The notes: generated by a model from the letters alone, not told the origin. Counted from the stretch's first letter, positions 25,920 to 39,271 are shown. The stretch is 43,260 nt of DNA from Phoronis australis (GCA_002633005.1 NMRA01000155.1:133779-177038); one strand, 5' to 3'. A program made the numbers and translations.

Positions 25920-28900
25920 CTGAAACGAAATGAAGACGGAAATGAAGTGGGCAAACTCTAGTGGAGAGTATTAAGACAGCAGGCGCGGCGCAGCTAACAC
26001 AGAACAGCTAATTCAGTAAAAGAGTGTGTGTAAACACGACTAAAGTGTCATTTACACTTACAAAATTGACACGCATCAGCTGGCACGGAACAAGTTGTTC
26101 CAATGTGTAAACGGACTGACACGGCGCAAATTGACACGGCTGTGGCAAATTTTTGCGACCCGTTTGTGAGGTAGAGTTATTTGCGCCCGAACATCTTGCG
26201 CTGTGTCAATTATAAGTCTAAACGCGAAACTTCATACGGGTTCTTTGTCTCTACAACTCTCGTCATTTGTAAACCTGCGCATGTGCGATCCAGTCTCACC
26301 AGCCTTTAATTTCCGTCTTGTCACGGTTAGTGAGTTGTGTGCGTAAACGGCCGCTTGACACGAGTCAATTTGCTCCGTTTCAGTTGCGCCGGTCCAAAAG
26401 TTGATTTCTAAACGGGACTTCAGATGGAGCAAGTGACTCATGCTGATCCCGTTAGAGATCTAATGTCGTGAAAATGCGACTTAATTGGAGCCAGGCGCAC
26501 CGTGACAACTGACGCGTTGACAACTAGTGTCTCTCGTGTAGGCCTAAAAGCGGCCCTGAAAAACACGTTACTTCAGCTAGTTTACACGGGTCGGTTGGCT
26601 TGAATCACATTTAACATTGAAGTTAGAATTCCTGAGACTCGTAACCGACACACTGATTGGTGAAAAAACATCTTCCCCAATCTTAATAATTAACGGCGAA
26701 AAATTAGAGTCACCAGACATTAAATCACCTGTCGGGGCGAATAAATTTTATGAACTGATATGTGAACAGTTCAGAGAAAGCGCAACACGTGCTTACACGC
26801 AGCAGTGAAAAACGATGAAGTGGGGGGCTATGGCCCCCTGTAGTGCACCGGCCATGGTACATGGGCGCAGCACTGAAACAAATGGAGCTATAGCCCCCCA
26901 GCCCCCTATGGTGCGCCGTCCATGTCACAGCACATGTAGAATTACATGTAATTACATGTCAAAAACGTATTTAATTGCGACCAGCCTTTCTTGTTGAAGG
27001 AGAAGCCACAGGGTCAAATTGAGGATTTTTAAAGCAGTAAGGTATACACGATGACCCTGTAATGTGAAAAGTATGAGCCCCTACTCCTCCTATCGCTACA
27101 ACCCCCTACCGTCGCCATCTTCCACATTCCCCCATCGACACAACTNCCCCACCCCCTCAGCACAATTACTCCCCTCCTCTAGTAACTGACTTATAGGTGG
27201 CACATTAGGTATAGAGTTTGATAAGGTGGATTCCTATGGCTCCGGTGAGGTACTCTGCTTTGAGGGGCCCAAAGCTGTCTCGGTATTGTGTAGAACAATG
27301 TTTTTGGTCTTATTTGTTATAAGCTATAGACAAGTAGTGGAAATACATAAAATACTCACATAAGTCAGACAAAAAAGTCTGATTCTGTGTTAACTTGGAC
27401 GAAGAATTAAGTGCAGATCGATCCAAGACAAGTGAATGCAAGTTTCGTTGTTTATGCAAAATATTTAGCAAAACTGGAAGATGGAGGTATGTCATATCTA
27501 GGTGCCCTTTACCGTTGGGTCTAGGCCTTCCGGTATACCGTAAAAGGAACGGCATGCCGAAGGCGTTTTTTCGTCTCCACTTCCCGTTACGAGTACAACC
27601 GCCTATGCCACATTGCGTTATGACCGTTATGTGTAGATGTTGCTAGCATGTTGTTTGTTATTTCCTCACAGGAATTTGTTCAAAGTACTGGCGCTCATGA
27701 CGATCATTGAGTTAAATAAAATTCAGGATCATTAAACAAAAGCAAAAAAATACAAAATACTGTACGGGCGGCTCGTGTTTTAGTGACGTCTTTTTTTGAT
27801 GAGACTCCACTACATGTATGTTAAAGTAAAGAAAAAAATTGCACATACAATAAGTGTTACTTACAGGGAATACTTTTCCCAAAGCTCCTCATTCTGAACA
27901 CGCTCAATCATCGACACTTTAGCTGTCCCCATAGTTTTAAGGAATTTACTCTCAACTCGCTTGTATTCAGCAGAGGTGCTTCCATCTGGGCTGATCTACA
28001 AGGAAAGCTGTCACATATGAAGTACATTGACAGACAAAAGCTATCTAACTCGCGTATATTCCGCTAGGCAAATTTCATCAAGATCCTGTGAGCAGTTTAG
28101 GAGATACAATTGCAGACGCCGGACGCCCAGACAGAGATGACCGCAATATGTTCCAACATATAAAGATGTGGACGCAAAATAAATGAAGTTGATTGCTATT
28201 GAAGTTGAAGTAGTCAGTTCGCTTGGCTGTTAACCTTGCGCTGGACACAAGACCATTTTTGTGCGAATTCAACATCTGAAAGATCTTCTTACGAAAACAC
28301 ACTGTGCCACACAGTGTCGGATTTTATTGTACATCACCAAGGCTATTTGGCGGAGCACCGTATCTTTTTGAGGGGTGGGACCCAATTTTCACTTAGTGAA
28401 GAAAATCAAATGATTGAGTGTTGGTGTACTGTACGACGCCCGTCAAAAACACTACAACTGTTGGCAGTTTTTAATTTTAAAAAATTGAAAATCGAGCAGT
28501 AGTGAGACTAAAACGGTTTAAGCACCTCCTTTTGGCAATATTTACCTCACAGAAAACAGCGTCAACTGCATTCACAAGTCAAGATGGTGGAATACAAAAC
28601 CCTGTATTCAAGGAAATGAAAGGGGCATTGACATTTTAAAAGTTATTGGTATCTAGTCATATGATATTATCCGTTATTAAATGTTGTCCAGGATTTTGAC
28701 AATGCCTAAAACCATTTGCCTAATTTATGCATCCAGGCACTGTAAAACCGTTTGTCTTGTGCTACTAATGCATTGAATTTGTTACGACTATCTAGGTGGT
28801 CTAAATTCATAATTTTTAAAGTTTCTCTATCAGGCGCTCAAATTTCTGATCACTTTTTACCTTAATTCGTTTGACGGCACCGCTCACGTCGCTTGGCCCC

Positions 28901-31900
28901 CATTGGCTGGGCAGTGTAAATTTCTTGGGGGGAGCTCTCCATGGTCTGCAATGATAGATACCAGCTGTAGTTATCGATATCCATTAAAATCCCCATGGTC
29001 TATAACTTTGAAGAAACACTGCTTTTAAACATCAAATATACCACTGATGAGATCAGCGGCTGTAGCAGGTAGAAATGGAAAATTCTAATTCCGTCATCAC
29101 GCTCAAACATAATACGTACACGTGCAGGCAAACCCTATAAAAGGGGTAGGAAGGCTACTAATCAATGGACTTCTCTTCCTTGCAAGAAGCGCAAGATGGG
29201 GATGTCAAGTGACCTTTCTTGAGAATTAAGATATAAAACAACTGTTCGAAATTGAAGTACGTATTGGGCTACATGTACCTTGCCGTGTTCTTGTCAAAGA
29301 CGTCTGTCGGGCGTCGACGCACTTCACGCTCTGCGCCAGTGCTAAATCAAAATGAAGAGCAAAGTCTGTAATTAATGACGAATTGCACTTGAAATATAAA
29401 TGTGATGCCAAAACCTGAAAAGTGAGGAATGTGAATCTTATATATGAGGTAGATTCTACTCCACAGTTTTCAGAGAAATTGAAAGTTGCAAACCCGTAGC
29501 AGAAAATGCCAACTCATTTCCGCAATGAGAGCTTTGAAATCAACCGACACACGCAAATTTTGACCATTGCGACCATTTTAGCCGACTTCTTAATCAGTGA
29601 GTTAAAATCGCGTCCCATTTGTTTATCCAATAGGGCCTACCCAGTCTGTATTCACCGACGTGTTTGCATGGAAATAAAACACGCCGTTTCAAGGTTTGAG
29701 AATTAACATAAGTCAAAACAGTCATTGCAGGACATTTCCAATAAAATGTAACAAAAACAGCTTTCCTTCCTTTCTCAGCTGTGATTTTTGTTATTGCTTG
29801 GCAGATCCTGCTCGCTATAGAAAGCTGCAGTAGTTCTCTTCGCCTACTTTGACGGAGAAACAATTAGAGACCAATTTCATAGCACTAAGTGGGCAATAGT
29901 TTCAAAAATGATATTCACAAATAAACCTGAACCGCCCAAACCATTCAAACATCAGTATGAAAAGCCATCACACTTCATGAATTCATTCCAAAATTTACCA
30001 CAAGTCAGCAAGAACATGGTATTCTGATAAGCAATGGCAGATCGAAAAAACACAGCAACAGAACATTAAATGTAGAATATTGAAACACACCTGATGTTAT
30101 GCTGCTTCATTGTGTCAAAGCATAACTTGTACTTGTGCTCGCCAGTGGTAAAATAAACTGTGCCATGTGGATTTTTAATGTATTCATCTTCAATTGCATC
30201 TGAAGAAATGTTCGCCGTGTCCGTTTGCCCCTAAATTAAAGGGACACAATAGGGGTCAATGAAACGTAATCAAGATGCGCAAAGTTCTACAGAAGTAAAC
30301 AATTTTATCTCAGAGAACACTTCAAAAGTTGTTCAGAGCCCTTTCACCACAAATATTGCTTCACGGCTATTTAATGCTTCTGTTTGCTCAAAACTCTGAG
30401 GCACATGACCTTCGACCTTGTTGTTAAAAGAGCGTGATACTAAGTGTCGAAAACTCGCCAAATAATCATCATTTAATCTTTCTGGTTTTGTTAGCGAGAT
30501 GTAGCACATTCTATCGTTTATCGGTGGTTTTCCATTGGTTGAAAGTATTAGCCTTGTAGACAAGCCACTAATCTGTTGTAGTGTTGAACATCGGATAAAG
30601 ATGTTACTGAAATAGGACTGGAACGTAAGCAGTCTACAATGTACATGTATTAGTCATAGTGGTTCTCTGTCGCTGAAACAGAATTCAACCTCATCACCAC
30701 GTATTTTTACGGTTTGTTCTGACATTCTGAATTTCTGTTAATGTCACAGTATTTTTTGTTTTCAAATTTCAAAACAAGGATCTGTCAACTGCTCGTCACT
30801 TTGTCGATTTTCTCTCACAATGCTAAGCACGTCTCCTTATTAGGTAAGACAAGTCCCTTATATATGAAAAATGTGACTTTTGACCTTTGAAGCATTAGAC
30901 AACAATGGCGACTTAAGCAACAGCCAATCCGATTAAGAGGAAATTGACATGAGCTGTTTAAAATCAGTCATAAAATTTCGTAGCATTCAAATATATTCTA
31001 AAACTTTCTAAGACTTTTGGAAAAATTGCTTGTTCCACTGGCTTGCCTCATACTATGCTGTCTACCTCAGATTCGGGTGCGATCCCACATGATAATCTTC
31101 CGTTAATATCAATCTTGTCAGTCAGCTGTAAAATAACTATGAGCGCATGCGTGTATTTGTCTAAGTGGGGGGAGATTAAAAACTTTGTGGCGACTACAGA
31201 GTTTTTCTTTGTGCGTATATCAAAAATCGTGCATTTTTGATTTTTTTTCGAAATTCACGTAATCTGTACTGTGCAAGATGGTGGTTTCGGCAGGAAGTGT
31301 TTAAAATATATTTTTGACGAGCTTTTGCGTTCCATGTCTCTTTAAATGGGTCATCTATTCTAATAATGGGATCTAAGTTATACTACATTTTATTCTGATG
31401 AAAGAGCTTCAACTCGATCCAGTGTTAAAACTGTAATCATTACGGTGTGTTGCTGACATGAAATTAGTTTTAACATACATGTAATTGCACATAATATAAT
31501 AATGATCACAGGTACCTGGTTGGGTTTCTTTTTGGTTTATTAAATGTATGTCAGTCTTTCTTTTACACCCTATTGAAACACCTGTGGTAACACCAATTCG
31601 CTTGGCCAAGTATTTTTTGACATATTCAATGCAAAAATGAGAACAATTTTCGACGACAAATATGATCGGGTTTCTCAGGAAAACCACCATAGACGGTTCA
31701 TGTCACAAGCAAAGTCGATATAGTTAACGACAAGTTGAAACAAGTCACGTGTGGCAGCAAATCAATCTGTTAAGGCAATTCACAAACTTGGTACACTGTT
31801 TCCTGTAACTGGCTGCGTCAAAATACTGTAAAGGTTTCCCCACACAAAAGCGAAACAATATTTTACAAAGATATCACTGTGTGGAGCTTGGTAGGAGCAT

Positions 31901-34900
31901 ATTTTAGCACAAACCTAAGCATTATATAGTGCACGCAACGGACTTCTACCTGTTGGCCGTATTCGACGAAATGTCCATTGACGTCTTTCCAGTACCACTG
32001 CCACCTAGTGGCCAACGTTGCTTTTGACGGTGGAACCTTCAGTGCAGAAACTGAACTGAGACGGCGAACAGCTAAGAAAACATTATCGTCGGTTGTTGCA
32101 CTCATGTGGGAAAAGTCAATCGAAACCTGTAATCTGAATACATCAACAAGCAGAGGATATAACCATCAATAGCTTAGGCCTACTGGTACATGTACGCTAT
32201 TCCGCATCGAAGACACGGCTAGGTAAAGACTACTCCGGTACTTTCTACACAAACATTAAAACGGTCCTCATTGCTGTTTAAGGTCAATCAAATTCAGGTA
32301 AAATGAGTATTCTCTCCACTTTTGCATCATGTAATTGCTATTAGGCAAAACTGACATTAGTTACCTCCCGCAATAGCGCAAGAAGTGACCCATTTCGGTT
32401 TAAGTTAAAACAGAAATGTTTCACGAAACGGACCCAAGATCTTAACTGTAGAGGATTTCCTGAAAGACCTGAAAGGGTTTCTCCTTTGTAATAAACGATT
32501 TGCTTACAGGTAGCCCAAACATACGCAACACCAGAAATGTCTTTAATTGTGTTCAAACGAGTTCCTGAGTGACTAATGGTTGACGATTTTATGATAAACC
32601 ACATTTACACCACAGAAATGTTGGGGCCTCGCTTGATGAAAACTCACTTGAAGTACTCGCGAACTAAAATATGAGTAAGTTGAGACCAAAATTCGGGCTG
32701 TATCAAGGCTGAAGACGCAAATTCAGAAAACATAGTTTCATGAATTCATATGAAAATGGGAGAATAGCGTAACTGCAACAATACATGCCTATATTCCAAA
32801 TTTTATGAAACTCCGTTGAGGACCTTTGAAAATACAGAGGTAAACATAAAAAACTAAAATTGTCAATAGGGGTATACTGGTGATCAGATCCTTGCGAAAG
32901 CCATCGTCGTTCGTTGTCAAAATCACATATATGTAAATACACTTGCTAAATTTAGTAAAGATTCTGCAAACTGTTTAGGAGATACAGCCATGGGCGCAAA
33001 AAACAAAACTGCCACTAGGAGGCGCCACAGTAGTCAAAGTTGTCGAAAAATCATCATCAGCCATCCTCTTCATGGTTAAAACATACATTTCAATTTTCAC
33101 AACCATCCTTAGAGTGGTTTGGTTGACAGAATGGTGGACCCCAAAAACAGGCTCGAAAACAGTAAAAATGGCCTCTAGATGGCGTAAACTACATCAAATC
33201 CATCCGAAAACGAGAGGATAGTGTCATCTCACTAAGGGATGCCTATATTTCAAGTTTTATGAAAATACGTTGAGGACATCCGAAGATACAGGGGTAAGCG
33301 TAAAAAATTGCCACTAGGGGGCGGTAGGTTGATCCGTGCGAAAGTTGTCGCTTCGTTGTCAGCATCCTATAAATACACATGCTAAGTTTAGTAAAGATCC
33401 TGCAAACGGTTTAGGAGATACAGCCATGGGCACAAAAACAAAACTTCACTAGGAGGCGAAACAGTCAATGAAGTCGTCGGAAAATCATTATCAGCCATCC
33501 TCTTCATAGTAAGAACATGCATGCCAATTTGGTTGATAGTGGGGTGGACGCCAAAAAACAGACTCGAAGACAGTAAAAATGGCCACTAGGTGGCGCAAAC
33601 TACTTCGAATCCATCCAAAAACGAGAGGGTAGTTTCATCTCACTAATAGATACCTATATTCCAAATTTTATGAAACTACGTTGAGGACTTCCGAAGATAC
33701 AGAGGTAAGCGTAAGAAACTAAAAACTAAAATTGCCACTAGGGGCACACCGGTAGTCGGAGTGGTCCGAAATTCGTCGTCATCCGTCGTCAGCTTCATAG
33801 GAACACAACTGCCAAATTTCATAAAGATCATGTGAGGGGTTTAGGAGATTCAGCTGCGGACGCCGGATGCCCGGACAGACAGAGATGACGGCAACATACG
33901 ACCACATATAAATATGTGGGCGCATAAAAAATGTGGTATATATTCTTTACTTTTGTGGTTTTAGAATAATATTGTCAACCATGAAGTTCTTAATTATGTT
34001 GCCTTAAGATAGATAAATTGCAAAACCACTGCCACTTATCTGACATACGAAATTTTTTTTCAGCAAAGTGCAATTGCCTCAACACTCAGCGATCATTTTT
34101 TGATAGGAGGAACCATTTTAGCTGAGAATTTTTTTATTTCTGTTGTAACTGTTCAGTACTAATTCACAAAATCCGTTATGAACCAAATTGCTTTAAGAAA
34201 TCTGTAAGAAAATCCTAAGCTGCATGTATGTAAGGTTTGCTTAGACCAGTCAACATACCCTTTGTCCAATGTCATTTTGTGGTTGTTACACTGTGGGTCA
34301 CAGAAGGCAACTTCAACTTTGTCATTGTCTGTATCGTTGAACGGCATCCAACTCGTAGACGACTGACTGTCCTTGTACTGCCATCTATATTTTGACTTGT
34401 CGTGGCGATTCCTGGTTAAAATGCGAATCTAAGTCTTGAGGCTGGCAAAATTTGATACCAGTAGGCACCATATTAATCATGTAACAGTTGCTGTGCTGCG
34501 CTTGAACTTGCAACTCCACTTGAATCATTCGAATAATCACTTTCACGTTGACAAAATCCAATGCAAAAAAACACGTTACTAAATAATGCATAATTTGATC
34601 AATTTTTCTGCTTTTTTCAGTTAATGATGATCTTATCATCTCCAAACAATAACCGATTAGCCATTCACATAATAACCCCCAATTCTGATACACAAATTCT
34701 GGTTAAAAGGATACCGAAGTCAGTTTTGGTCTATTAACAGGCACTAAAAACGACTTTCCCCATCCAGTTCTATATTACAAAATAATGCTCTTTAACCCTC
34801 CCAATCCTCAAAAGGTTGGAGAAAAAACTGAAAACGTCTTTCAAAATCTGCGAAACGCACAAGCGTGGCCTGTGTTTTTAACGAATTACACGGCAACTGT

Positions 34901-37900
34901 GGGAAAAAGACCACTTACCAAAAACCATTATATCCAATCTGTGAAGTAGGGAGTATGAGTTCTTAGGTGATTCCTGCCCTTAACTTGGAAGATTGGTGCC
35001 AGTGATGCATTAGTAGGTGACAGAGCGAGGATTGGTTGAAATCATCAAAACTCTTTTAGAGGGGAAATGGGCGTTCGTAAAAGTTTCAAAAAGTCTTTTC
35101 ACGCAACAACAATCCACTTGAATGACTGCGTTAATGGACAGGTACATATGTAATTACAAGTGAGTCTTGAGATTAAGCGTATTTCGAAATTCAAGCACAA
35201 CTCAACGGGGAGACCAATGATAGATGAACTGAATGGTTGCCTCTATCTTTCTGGCTTTTTTTCTGTTGAAATTGTACAATCTTTCGGGTTAAGGAAAGTC
35301 ACTTCTTGAAGGGTCAGACGTTGATGGAATCAACCGTCACTCTTGTCTATATTTTAAAGGTATGCAGAGTACTCTTTTCATTGGAGGGCGGACGGGGGGA
35401 CATTGTCCGTTTTAATTGTCCCTCTATAAATTCTACAGTGTCAACCATCACAAGATGAGGATGGTAAGATTCCAAATTAATCGAAAAACATAAAACACAT
35501 TCGTGCTAAGCACAGCAGTGTTAAGACATTCGACCCAAACAACCAAAAATGATTGTATATAATGGAATAGACCGCCACCGAAAGGATGGAAGTGTGGAAA
35601 ACTTGAAGACCACTATTTTTCTATTGTAGATAAGGCATTCAGATGTATTTCCGGCGATAAAGTATGGAGATTTTTTCTATGGTATCATAAGAGTAGTAGT
35701 TCTTTTTAAGATCGTCACTAAGAGTTGTTTCTAAGTGGGACAGACTGTCAGGGGCAGGATTTTCGATGACCGTATACATGTCTAGCGGGTTAAGGTACTC
35801 AAAGTACTGCACGTTTACTGGCAATAATAAACAAATATTTCAGCGCTTTTTACTTCAAGTTTAACTCATACCTACTACGCATCTGGAATGACCCAAACTA
35901 TTGCCTACGCATTAACAGGAATGAATTCGGAAAATTTCCTAGAGGATCCAAACCTACGTCAGATACCCGTCTCCCGCACATTTCCCCGGTTGCACGTCAA
36001 CAACATGCGAGCATGTTGACGGGATTTTTGCATAAACAATTCGTCTTGTTTACAGGGCATTTACAAAATTCAGCTGATTTATAGATGGGATTTTGACAAT
36101 TAAAGCTAATCTCAGATGCAGGCTAAGATTACGAAAATCTCTATCACCCGCTCCCCAAATGGAAAGTTCACCAAACAATTTTTGCCAATCTGAAATAACT
36201 CTCAAAGGTACTGATGAAATTTGGAAAATTCTACTGATGTTCCAAAGATGTAATTTCTATTAAAATGACTTCGATGAAAGATTATTAGCTTATAAATTTA
36301 AAGACTTACTTCCTATTTGATCTTCTAACACCTTCTCATTTGAAATGAGCTTTTCTCAAATAAATGAGCTTCGAAAAAAGGACTTAAATTGAATACTTAA
36401 TAAGGTATTTCCCAGACAATGCCACACTTGCAAATTCATTAATCGGTCCATCCTATATATATATAGGGTATAGCACTAGCGTCATTCGTTTGAGTGGTCT
36501 ATCCTATATGNTATCACCAATAAACACTGCAAGACAAGTCTAATGGTGGGTTAGCCTCGCTACACACGACCAAATATCTGAGTTGGACCAGATTTACCCT
36601 TCAGGAAACCTTCAGCGACGCGGCTGAGCAACACGCATCAAACAACTTCATCATCTATGATAGCTATACGTCAAAGAATCGAAGCAATGTTTGAATAAAT
36701 TTGACAATAGTTTAAAAAACATTACGAGACGCTTGAAGTCATTATATTCGTTAACAATTTTCGAATTTATTTTAAAGCAATGAACGTGGATGTGATTGTT
36801 TGAGTGAACATACCAAATTTGCTAATTAATAATCTAAGTTTTCGCCACCGAAACACAATCTTAGGATCAAACAGAATTCCATGTTCAAGCACATCAGATC
36901 CATGTTCAACAGCACATTGAACGTGGATTTTTACAAAAAAAATCATATGAAGCTGGGATCACTAAACTCCTCCTTGTGTCACTTAATCGTTCTGCAAGTA
37001 CTATGGCGAAATAAGTTTCACCACAAAACGTGACACACAACTGAGCTGTGAGCTCAAATATTGCCTATTGTCGGACGATCGTTTGTACACATCCAGGTCT
37101 GAACGGCCAAACTTCATATCTCGATTAAGGAAGTGATATTTGGTAATAACATACACTGTCTGGAACTATTCGGATGCTTAGTGATGGTATATTTGCCACG
37201 TGACTATTACGACGCCATTTGGACCCACAAATACATGTAGAAAAAGAAATATACGGTCACGTTACATTCTCAAAAAGTTGGCCGGCTTTGGATTTTTTCC
37301 CATTTAGGGGGGAAATTTAGCACTTGAAATTTTAACATAATCACATAATTATACGTTTGGATTAATTAGTAACTGGTGAGGGATTGCAGTCCGACAACGG
37401 TTACACCTATTGTACACGTATGCTCCGGAGGAGTTCGCAACGATTGGGATTGGTCGGATACATGGCCAGGCAGTAACCTTCGAAGTGCTTAGTAACTACA
37501 GAGCTGCGTAAAACTGGCTGAATTATCATCAGTGGTTTTTAATTTTGATATTTTAAATTTATTTGACGGGGTCAACAACGTCAAAATGATCTTGTACTAC
37601 ATCAGCGAATAGACAATTACATCGCAACCTAGGGATTATATACACGTGCGTTGTACACCGTACGCAATGCCTATAGCTGGAACAAACTAACTTTTAAATT
37701 GCAACTACTGGATAAAATTCGGTCCCGTGTACTTATTATGCAGGTATCTCGCTGGTTGCCTAACAAGTACGCAGGTATCACGCAGTGGCACGCGCTTCAG
37801 CATTGGTTGACGAAACCACAGCAGTCATTGGTTAGCTTTACAGCAACGTAAAAAAAATGCGGACTATGAACGATTTTTAGCCTTTTCATGCAAGTGGCGT

Positions 37901-39271
37901 AGCAGCAACTATTTTGTTTCTGCAGTAATGTTTAATAGCCGCGTGTTTGAAGCACATACATGTACAATAAACACATATGTGGCCGATTTAATCGGTGTGT
38001 TATGCATACTGTATTAATACAGGACAGTATCGTAAACAAAAGTCATCGACAGTAGAAAGATGCACTCCGAAAGGGCACAACCACAATTTCTGGGATTCAA
38101 ATTTCCTGACAAATTTGAAGCACCGATTTGTCTGTACACAGACCACATTTACACTTCCTCCATATCAGTCATGCCAGTTTGTTTGCGTAAAGCGCTGTCT
38201 GTCGAGAATTCCACCAGCCAATCAGAAACGCGAGAGTAAAAAAATTCCCGAGGAAAATTAAGTGATATCTGCGTGCTGGCTACCACCTAGCGGCACGCAG
38301 GGAACCAGCGAGATGCAAGGCTGAGATTTAACGCATGCGCGTCTACTGCATGTTATAATTTTAATGTGAAGTTCAGTTTCTCTGTGTCTCGCTAATGGCG
38401 ATTGAACCACGTCTTACCTGCAAATTTGCGCTTCAAAAGTACATTTTCCGATTAGAAAGTAAGAACATATTTCTGTCTTGCTATCCTCAGCAGAAATGTC
38501 GGCTGCAGTTGCTAAGTTGGCTGTGCTAGCGGCATCGGAGGAGTCCATCCTCCTTCGTTTTGGCTTGGGTTCCTCGTCTGTTACGATTAACTGGCTTTGC
38601 AGTTCACTTACAACTTCCTTTGGCGATCGCTTTGTACTGATGTTATATTGCTCTAAGATTTCTTTCGGTTGACTGTCATAGATATTGTGGGATCGCTTAC
38701 ATCTTTGCCCAAATTTGCAGGTGCGACTTAAATAGTGTTCGCATACGTGTAAAAATCTGCACTTGCTGTTACTGCACCCAGCTTTCCCGCGATTGTAATA
38801 CGTACAAACAGTAGGCAAAGTAGCCCCACTTTGACGACAATCGCGGTGTGCACGCTGCAAATTCTTCTCACTTACATATCTTATTTGATTAAGATCCAGA
38901 ATTGTGGTATTATGTGACGTCCAGAAGTTGTGTCCGAACTGACATTTACAGCTGTCTAATCCACAATCTCCAGCTACCGAAAAATAAGCGCAAATGTGTA
39001 GACGTTTACAACTATTATCCAGGCATCCTTTACTGCTGAGGTGATCTTTACATATCTCAGGTAATTTATAATCTATGCCCTTCTCGTTTGTGACAAAGAG
39101 TAAAGGGTGGTGTTCTATTAAAGCGGATACTTCCTTCTTTCTTATACCAAACACTTTCGCCACCCTTGACTTCGAACAATGGCCATCTCTGTGTTTCTTT
39201 TCCACAACATATTCAAACACTTCCTCCGGTTCAGGTCCATAGACAGACATATGACGAAACGTTGATGACAT
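25520..39271 (-). CDS. PARP12: Gene B: complete PARP12/ZC3HAV1-like protein, about 669 aa (N-terminal helical region, 4 CCCH, linker, CCCH5, WWE1, WWE2, PARP). complement(join(25520-25919,27865-27995,28861-28945,29279-29341,30091-30230,31950-32133,34259-34411,38418-39271))
   Basis: The exons sum to 2010 nt in one open frame with all introns GT-AG. Four CCCH fingers in the ZAP arrangement (LPEIC..C..C..LHIC..C..C.FGH; LPTVC..YN.G..C..C..LHVC..C..C..SH). A fifth finger is split by intron 1 (C-x7-C-x6-C-x3-H). The start is ATG 39271 or 39250. The symbol means PARP12-like. Confidence 0.92.
26800..26924. mobile_element. Copy of the CATGGGC MITE
   Basis: GCTATAGCCCCC core and GGTGCGCCGTCCATG end shared with 13049-13187. 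Confidence 0.55.
27865..27995 (-). CDS. Gene B exon: PARP domain (EYKRVESKF...IERVQNEELWEKY)
   Basis: ccttgtag acceptor, ct|gtaagt donor, phase 0/2, 131 nt. Confidence 0.88.
28060..28182 (+). mobile_element. Truncated 3' end of the Helentron/HINE-like element
   Basis: AAATTTCAT.AAGATC...GACGCCGGA.GCCC...ACAGAGATGAC..CAA.AT plus terminal hairpin, homologous to about 33810-33930. Confidence 0.65.
28861..28945 (-). CDS. Gene B exon: start of PARP domain (LPSQWGP)
   Basis: cattgcag acceptor, aag|gtaaaa donor, phase 2/0; counterpart of gene A exon 9913-9994. Confidence 0.8.
29279..29341 (-). CDS. Gene B exon: end of WWE2 (TGAEREVRRRP)
   Basis: ttgatttag acceptor, ag|gtacat donor, phase 2/2. Confidence 0.84.
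30091..30230 (-). CDS. Gene B exon: WWE2 core (SSDAIEDEYIKNP...YKLCFDTMKQHN)
   Basis: aatttag acceptor, ag|gtgtgt donor, phase 0/2, 140 nt. Confidence 0.86.
30240..31341. mobile_element. Possible Kolobok-like non-autonomous element, about 1.1 kb
   Basis: TTAA|AGGGACAC ... ATGTCTCT|TTAA; the TIR match is short (6/8). Confidence 0.35.
31950..32133 (-). CDS. Gene B exon: WWE1/WWE2 junction (IDFSHM...VRRLSS...WQWYWKD)
   Basis: gtattcag acceptor, cag|gtagaa donor, phase 2/0. Confidence 0.86.
32740..33930 (+). mobile_element. Helentron/HINE(DINE-1)-like non-autonomous element with an internal higher-order tandem repeat
   Basis: About 2.5 copies of a 410-455 bp unit (ATGCCTATATT..AA.TTTTATGAAA at 32785, 33239, 33650), short GACA/CGGA repeat, 3' hairpin CCACATA-TAAA-TATGTGG then GCATAAAAA; the 5' boundary is approximate. 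Confidence 0.6.
34259..34411 (-). CDS. Gene B exon: WWE1 (NRHDKSKYRWQYKD...W.PF)
   Basis: tttaaccag acceptor, gg|gtatgt donor, phase 2/2. Confidence 0.88.
38418..39271 (-). CDS. Gene B first coding exon: ZAP-type zinc-finger RNA-binding domain
   Basis: Within the 313-aa ORF; ends ...QICR ag|gtaaga, phase 2; a possible acceptor (tttctcag) at 39286-39287 suggests an upstream exon. Confidence 0.92.

Noticed and set aside
25970-26600. AATTGACACG-rich, partly palindromic segment as a structured RNA
   Set aside because: It looks like a decayed MITE; termini and TSD could not be defined
32780-33930. CRISPR-like array
   Set aside because: The spacers are themselves repeated, the monomers are about 140 bp, the context is a spliceosomal intron and there are no cas genes
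35639-35824. 61-aa minus-strand ORF in intron 1 of gene B as a cassette exon
   Set aside because: The nearest acceptor is phase 1 while the intron is phase 2, and insertion would split CCCH5
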